DNA of 64,000 bases from Desulfomonilia bacterium (lineage in GTDB: Bacteria > Desulfobacterota > Desulfomonilia > UBA1062), in contig JBEKDT010000002.1 of NCBI GenBank assembly GCA_050014195.1, positions 32,001-96,000 of the forward strand, written 5' to 3'. Within the stretch, counting starts at the first letter, position 1. Each line of letters begins with the position of its first letter. The notes under the pieces were generated by a model that was not told where the DNA came from, searched no databases, and was given only the letters and a program-made list of their open reading frames with translations. The translations under genes were made by a program, and so were the position numbers. Below are positions 59,176-64,000 of the stretch, one piece after another.

Positions 59176-59730
59176 TTACTTTTTCAGTTTGGTAAATTTC
59201 GAACCTTCTATCGTGGCGCCGGCCATAAGCCCTTTCTGGCCGAAGACAAACCCGACAATAGGTTGCTTGAATTCTTTCGTGTTTAATGATTCATCGGCAC
59301 CGACATTGACCAAGGTTACCTCGGCATCAACACCCGCTTTCCAGTTTTCGCTGGTACGGAATTTCTTCAAGACCTCATTATCCATGAAGACAAGGATGAT
59401 GTCCTTCTTCTGAGCTCCGATCTGATAGCCGAGAGATCCGGCAACGATGTTGTAGTAACCGACCGTTTTCCCGCCGATCCTTAAGGCGCCTTCGCCATAC
59501 TCGGCGCCGGCGACGAACCCACCCTGTATAACCCCAGGGATGATAAGTACCCCCTTGGCGGCGTCAAGAAACTCCTTCGCACCCTTGACTTGCTTGACAA
59601 ATCGGTCGAGGGATGCATTTACGCTGGCATTGATCTCATTGGCCGTGGCCGCGTAAGAGGAAACCGGTAATATTCCTATAATCAAGGCCATGCACACGAC
59701 GTAAAAAATATTAACTCTTTCTTGTTTCAT
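59176..59730 (-). CDS. YSC84/SYLF lipid-binding domain exported protein
   Basis: AKGVLIIP, GAEYGEG, GSLGYQIG, QKGLMAGATIEGSK. SD AAGGAG. Confidence 0.88.
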   Translation of the reverse strand: MKQERVNIFYVVCMALIIGILPVSSYAATANEINASVNASLDRFVKQVKGAKEFLDAAKGVLIIPGVIQGGFVAGAEYGEGALRIGGKTVGYYNIVAGSLGYQIGAQKKDIILVFMDNEVLKKFRTSENWKAGVDAEVTLVNVGADESLNTKEFKQPIVGFVFGQKGLMAGATIEGSKFTKLKK

Positions 59731-59791
59731 TTTTTTCTCCTTTTCTAATGTGTTGGTAAATAAATTATTCAGGCCGACAGCGTCCCACTGT

Positions 59792-59971
59792 TCAATTACC
59801 CAGGACCTTCTTGACCTGGCCGATCTTTTCCTGAACATTGCCGACTATCTTTTCACCGGTACCTTCAGCTTCCAACTTTGGATTATCGCTTATTTCCCCG
59901 GCGATCTCCTTGAACTTACCCCTTACTTTGTGAAACTTGCCTTCCGCCTGGTCCTTCGTACTGTCTTTCAT
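59792..59971 (-). CDS. CsbD family stress protein
   Basis: Not in the ORF track (59 aa). MKDSTKDQAEGKFHKVRGKFKEIAGEISDNPKLEAEGTGEKIVGNVQEKIGQVKKVLGN. SD AAGGAGG. Confidence 0.9.
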   Translation of the reverse strand: MKDSTKDQAEGKFHKVRGKFKEIAGEISDNPKLEAEGTGEKIVGNVQEKIGQVKKVLGN

Positions 59972-60023
59972 GGTATTCCTCCTTTGTGCTTGTGGAAATC
60001 AGCAAGTTCCACTTGCATGTTCA

Positions 60024-60344
60024 TTAACTTTGCAGAACCTTGTTGATACCTTGTATCAGTGACATTTTTGATTCTACCGCACGACTGAGTTCTTCGTATT
60101 CCTTCCTGTTTATCGGCTTGACCATGTCCTTCATCTGAAGATGGTTTGTCTGAGAGCAGTATGGACAGGGGACATCGACTGCAAAAAGATCATGGCTTAA
60201 TTCCACCCCTTCATTCTGCAGATAAGAAATACCCATAGATGGGATAGTGGAGGAGCTGAATGTTTCGATAGGAATGATCTCGTGGCATCCAGGAAAATGA
60301 CATTTGAAGATATGATAATTACGGTTTTTTTCAGTATCATTCAT
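60024..60344 (-). CDS. Hypothetical Zn-ribbon-like protein
   Basis: CHFPGC...CPYC. SD GGGAG; 4-bp overlap with the upstream ORF. Confidence 0.6.
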   Translation of the reverse strand: MNDTEKNRNYHIFKCHFPGCHEIIPIETFSSSTIPSMGISYLQNEGVELSHDLFAVDVPCPYCSQTNHLQMKDMVKPINRKEYEELSRAVESKMSLIQGINKVLQS

Positions 60345-60571
60345 AATAATCTCCCTATAGACAACCTTAATTCTTGAAGAGGTAGATTTAACCTCATTAC
60401 ATTATTACTTTGGGCATCGTACTCCTGGTCAGTATCCGTTCGCGCTATTGCATGCGCATCTTGATTCAACCCCGTTTTAAAATCTAGCGGCTTCTTCAAG
60501 GCGGTGTAATCCAATCCGGCCATTTCTATTGCATTTCTTACAGTCTTAGGATGATTCAACTCGACTACCAT
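60341..60571 (-). CDS. Hypothetical protein
   Basis: 76-aa ORF tightly packed between its neighbours. Confidence 0.45.
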   Translation of the reverse strand: MVVELNHPKTVRNAIEMAGLDYTALKKPLDFKTGLNQDAHAIARTDTDQEYDAQSNNVMRLNLPLQELRLSIGRLL

Positions 60572-60575
60572 TATT

Positions 60576-60821
60576 CTATGGAGATGGTTCTATATCCGGA
60601 TATGGAGAGAGCATTCGCGGAACTCGTAGACCCAGTCTGCATAAGGACACCTCATTCACTGTAGACTTATACAATGGATGATCTGCGACAGTAATAGTGT
60701 AGAGTGGAAAGAAATCTCCCAACAAATTTTCCTGCCACCCAACGAAAATCGCATCAGAATCCGAATCAGTAAGATTCGTATGTTCAGGAATGTTAGCCTC
60801 CGTTCGCATTGAATAATTCAA
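60576..60821 (-). CDS. Hypothetical protein
   Basis: FVGWQ..FPLYTI..HPLYKSTV..LxxLGL pattern looks coding. Follows a sigma54 promoter; start may be 60809. Confidence 0.55.
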   Translation of the reverse strand: MNYSMRTEANIPEHTNLTDSDSDAIFVGWQENLLGDFFPLYTITVADHPLYKSTVNEVSLCRLGLRVPRMLSPYPDIEPSP

Positions 60822-60839
60822 TTGGCGTGGTAAAGTAAG

Positions 60840-60855
60840 AGCAAATGGCCTGCCA
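60840..60855 (-). promoter_or_regulatory. Sigma54 -24/-12 promoter
   Basis: TGGCAGGCCATTTGCT, near-consensus TGGCA-N6-TTGC. Confidence 0.7.
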
Positions 60856-61482
60856 ATAGCCGAATGAAGATCAGAAGATGAGAATCAACCTTTAATAAAA
60901 GGTGTTAGATGAATATGAGAGAATAGCAGAAAAGTATGAAATGATTCATTTGGCCTCACTATTTGGTGGAACCTCAAGATATTGAGGGATGCTTTGAAGA
61001 TAGGTGGACAGTCTAATCCGGTTCTTTTGTCTCCGGCCTGACTATCCCGAGCTTATGCATCCTCGCTCTTAAGGTGCTCGGATGGAGGCCTAGGATCGCT
61101 GCGGCCTTGTCCTTTCCAAAATAACGGACTTATGGCTTAGATGAATTGGAATTGGAGAGTTATCTTTGGGTGGCATGCGCAAAGCTTAAGGCTTGCCCAC
61201 GGAAAAGATCTTTTTAGTCAGTATAATCCCATAGTGTTGATCTCTGCGATAAATGATCGGTTCCACCTGTCCTGAGAAACTGAAGATCTTGTGCCATAGG
61301 ACACGGTCTGCTATGAAGGGATAGGCTTCGTATGTTTCAACCCAAGATCTTCGGTTTTTTAAAAATCTCAAAACCGTGATGAAATCGAGAAATATTCACT
61401 TTAAATGAATATACCTATGTATTTGGTACTACAATTTCCTTGAACAATTAACCATACTGATTTCATACAGGAGCTTAGGCAA

Positions 61483-63339
61483 TTAAAGACCTGATAGCTG
61501 AATAATGTCGCCAAACTGGGGTTGAGCCTGAGAAACAGGAAGGTATACAGAACGCCTTTCCGCTAAAGCTGCACGGACGCGCATTACGACTTCATCCCAA
61601 TTGCCCATTTCTTTCTGGTTGAAAAGACGGAGCGTGCCGGGATACCATGGACTGTTGTCGCGTTCAACGAGCCAGCGCCAACAACTGTTGAACCGGTTCA
61701 AGAGCCACACCGGCTTACCCAAGGCTCCCGCCAAATGAGCGACGGCTGTGTCGACGCTAATAACAAGATCCAGATTCATAATAAGGGCCGCCGTATCGGC
61801 AAAATCGTGACAATCTTCCATCCAATCAATCAGATGAAAAACGTCGGGGGCTCGCGTTCCTTCTTTCTGAAGGGAGAAGAATTGAACGTTTGGCACATCC
61901 ATCAAAGGAGCCAGAACCTCTGGTGCAACGGATCTTTTCTGGTCCGCCGCGATAAGTTCGGGCGAGTGGGCGCGTGAACTTCCCGCCCATACGAGACCGA
62001 CTTTTAAAGCGTTATTTGCAAACGCCGCAACTCGATCCCCCCACTTGGCCAAATCGGCTGGATCGGGACTCATATAGGGAAGCTTGGCCGGTATAGTCTC
62101 GAGGGTTGTATGAAATGCCAGAGGCAGGCTCATCATTGGACAGTGAAGATCGAAAGGTGGAAGGTTATCACCCATGGACACAACCTTATCAATGCCGTCC
62201 AAAGATTGTATGAGCCGCCTCAACGGCGGCTGTACCTCCACCACTACCTGGAGCCCTCGCTCTTTTATGAGAGGCACATAGCGGCAAAATTGAAGGGTAT
62301 CCCCGAATCCCTGCTCGGCGTGGATCAAAAGGGTTCGCCCTTCACCAGCTTCGCCTTGCCACTCAGGCTGGGCAAGATCCCGGAAGGCAGGGCGAAGTTG
62401 CTTCGATTTCCAGCGCCATTCATACTCACACCATCCTTCGTCGAAGCGCCCTAAAGCCAACAAGGCCGTTGCCAGATTCTTGTGAACCTCTGCATTGCTC
62501 GGTTCGAGGCGTAAAGCCTCTTTATAAGCCACAATAGCTTCTTCAAAGCGTCTGGCATCCTTCAATGCGATGCCAAGGTTGTTGAGTGTCTCCGGACAAT
62601 CCTGACGTAATGCCAAGGCTTTTTGGCAATGAAGGATAGCCCCATCAAGATCGCCTTTTAATCCCAGGATCGCGCCCAGATTACAGAGGGCTTCGGGACT
62701 TGCAGGATGAACGGCGAGAGCCGCCTGATATAAGGCCGCAGCGCCGTCCAGATCGTTTTGCAGAAGATGGATGACGCCGAGATTATTGATGACCCCATGA
62801 TGGTTCGGCTTAAGGGTCAAGGCCTGTTCATAGCAAGTGGTCGCTTCGGGTAGACGGCCTATTTCTTGCAATGTAGTTCCCTTATCGCTCAAAGCCTCAA
62901 CATCTTGCGGATTAATTTCCAGCGCTTTGTCGAAGGCAGCCAAAGCTCCCGCCGAATCACCAGTTTCTCTTAAAGAAACACCAATATGCCAATAGGCTTT
63001 GGCATGATCCGGCTTAAGAGCGACAACACGCATCATAAGAGGTAAAACGGCGGTAAACTTCTTCTGGGCCATCAGTATCATACCGTATTTATAGATGATT
63101 TCACTCGATTGAGGCGCAAGGATCAAGGCTTTTTCCATCCAGACCTCTGCCTCTTTCGTCTGTCCCAGATGAAAGTCGATGATGCCTCGCATGCAAATTA
63201 AGAAGGGATTCGCAGCATCTTCGAGCAAAATATCTGCGCAAATCTTTTGCGCCTCCTCAAACTGTTCTTGATGATTATCCGTCGTATTGTTGAAGACCAA
63301 TTCATACAAAGAGATCAGTTGTTCTTTCGTTTTTTTCAT
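61483..63339 (-). CDS. TPR-repeat protein with C-terminal GT9-like glycosyltransferase domain
   Basis: Multiple TPRs, then YEWRW, EQGFGDTLQFCRY, VGLVWAG, LDLVISVDTAVAHLAGALG, WRW..SPWY. Confidence 0.9.
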   Translation of the reverse strand: MKKTKEQLISLYELVFNNTTDNHQEQFEEAQKICADILLEDAANPFLICMRGIIDFHLGQTKEAEVWMEKALILAPQSSEIIYKYGMILMAQKKFTAVLPLMMRVVALKPDHAKAYWHIGVSLRETGDSAGALAAFDKALEINPQDVEALSDKGTTLQEIGRLPEATTCYEQALTLKPNHHGVINNLGVIHLLQNDLDGAAALYQAALAVHPASPEALCNLGAILGLKGDLDGAILHCQKALALRQDCPETLNNLGIALKDARRFEEAIVAYKEALRLEPSNAEVHKNLATALLALGRFDEGWCEYEWRWKSKQLRPAFRDLAQPEWQGEAGEGRTLLIHAEQGFGDTLQFCRYVPLIKERGLQVVVEVQPPLRRLIQSLDGIDKVVSMGDNLPPFDLHCPMMSLPLAFHTTLETIPAKLPYMSPDPADLAKWGDRVAAFANNALKVGLVWAGSSRAHSPELIAADQKRSVAPEVLAPLMDVPNVQFFSLQKEGTRAPDVFHLIDWMEDCHDFADTAALIMNLDLVISVDTAVAHLAGALGKPVWLLNRFNSCWRWLVERDNSPWYPGTLRLFNQKEMGNWDEVVMRVRAALAERRSVYLPVSQAQPQFGDIIQLSGL

Positions 63340-63379
63340 GTGTAAGGCGAAATTGTGTGTAAAAAGCTCCCGATCAGTA

Positions 63380-63401
63380 AGAATCCTGGCACCAGGATTC
63401 T
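63380..63401. promoter_or_regulatory. 10-bp inverted repeat upstream of the TPR-GT gene
   Basis: AGAATCCTGG-CA-CCAGGATTCT. Confidence 0.35.
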
Positions 63402-63428
63402 AAATCTACATCATACATGTCGGGTTTT

Positions 63429-64000
63429 TTATTCCTCCCATGTTGGATGAACTCTCTTCCTTTTCCCGGTTGCCGCCAAACCTACCAATCTATAACCAAG
63501 TAAAATCAAGGCTGGGAGCCTGAGTTCCGGAGTGGAGCTTTCGTTGGTCGACCGACGCGAGTTAATTTAGAACTCGGCAAACGTTTGACCTGGACTTTGT
63601 GGTGGGTAATAGGGGTCCGAGTATGCCCAGCCCAGCTTTTCGATATTGGGATGGATTGATTTACATACGCTAACCGCCCAATCTGATCCGGCTCCCCATA
63701 TATCGACCACGAAGGTAGAGGTCCGTTGGAGCCGGAGACGAAATGAAACGCGTCCAGGCCCCGCATGTACGGAGTAAGTGCTGGAATGGGGATCCTCTCT
63801 ACTATGTTTGCTATGTTGGGAGGTGAGAGTTCAAAAGTCTGTGTCTGATTTAAAGCTGAAAGGTCTCCATCGCATGTGAACTGAACTGAAACGTTATCAC
63901 CGATCGCCTCCAGGGGGTTGCCAGGTCCGCTATTGGTAGAGGTGAACAGATTATCCGTATATGTGTAGACATACGGTGTGGCGTGGGAGGTCAAAGGGAT
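63429..64000 (-). pseudogene. PEP-CTERM-like exported protein, frameshifted; 5' end outside the window
   Basis: S/T/G/N-rich ORF (SHA-TPYVYTYT). In a different frame, 63533-63429 reads TPELRLPALILLGYRLVGLAATGKRKR. Confidence 0.5.

Noticed and set aside
61186-61371. 61-aa minus-strand ORF
   Set aside because: TTG start without SD and no motifs; possibly a fragment, but unsupported.

Overview
Chromosomal window from an anaerobic, diderm, deltaproteobacterium-like organism (Desulfobacterota-type). This is inferred from the tmRNA tag ADDYNYAMAA, the Ahb heme genes, LptD/GmhA and the rplU-rpmA-obgE-proB-proA-nadD-rsfS-rlmH gene order. From left to right: (1) the 3' part of an SPFH gene followed by a degenerate attC-like hairpin; (2) a 9-gene CoA-dependent catabolic operon (1.3-10.9 kb) containing a Cys-less thiolase-fold protein with a DUF35 partner, opposite a [MerR-TetR]x2 regulator; (3) FadD, a CdaA-YbbR fusion and a TetR-linked TPP-enzyme operon whose divergent -35 boxes lie inside a perfect 54-bp palindrome; (4) an accessory tract (23-30 kb) with a DUF2844/DUF3443 (pepsin-like) pair and an AbiEi/AbiEii islet bounded by copies of the tmRNA 3' end; (5) ssrA, gmhA and a sigma28-type roadblock / DUF4388 / sensor-HAMP / REC-DUF4388 operon with no kinase or GTPase gene, which is my best candidate for an undescribed system; (6) housekeeping genes (34.6-50.5 kb) with a REP doublet; (7) a candidate sigma54-driven sRNA with an anti-SD motif; (8) a second accessory tract (55-64 kb) with small ORFs, pseudogenes, a second attC-like site, CsbD/YSC84, a TPR-glycosyltransferase and a frameshifted PEP-CTERM-like gene. 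I found no CRISPR array, rRNA, tRNA, integrase or intact transposase. All family calls come from motif recognition by eye, not database searches. Several starts were moved to SD-supported codons.
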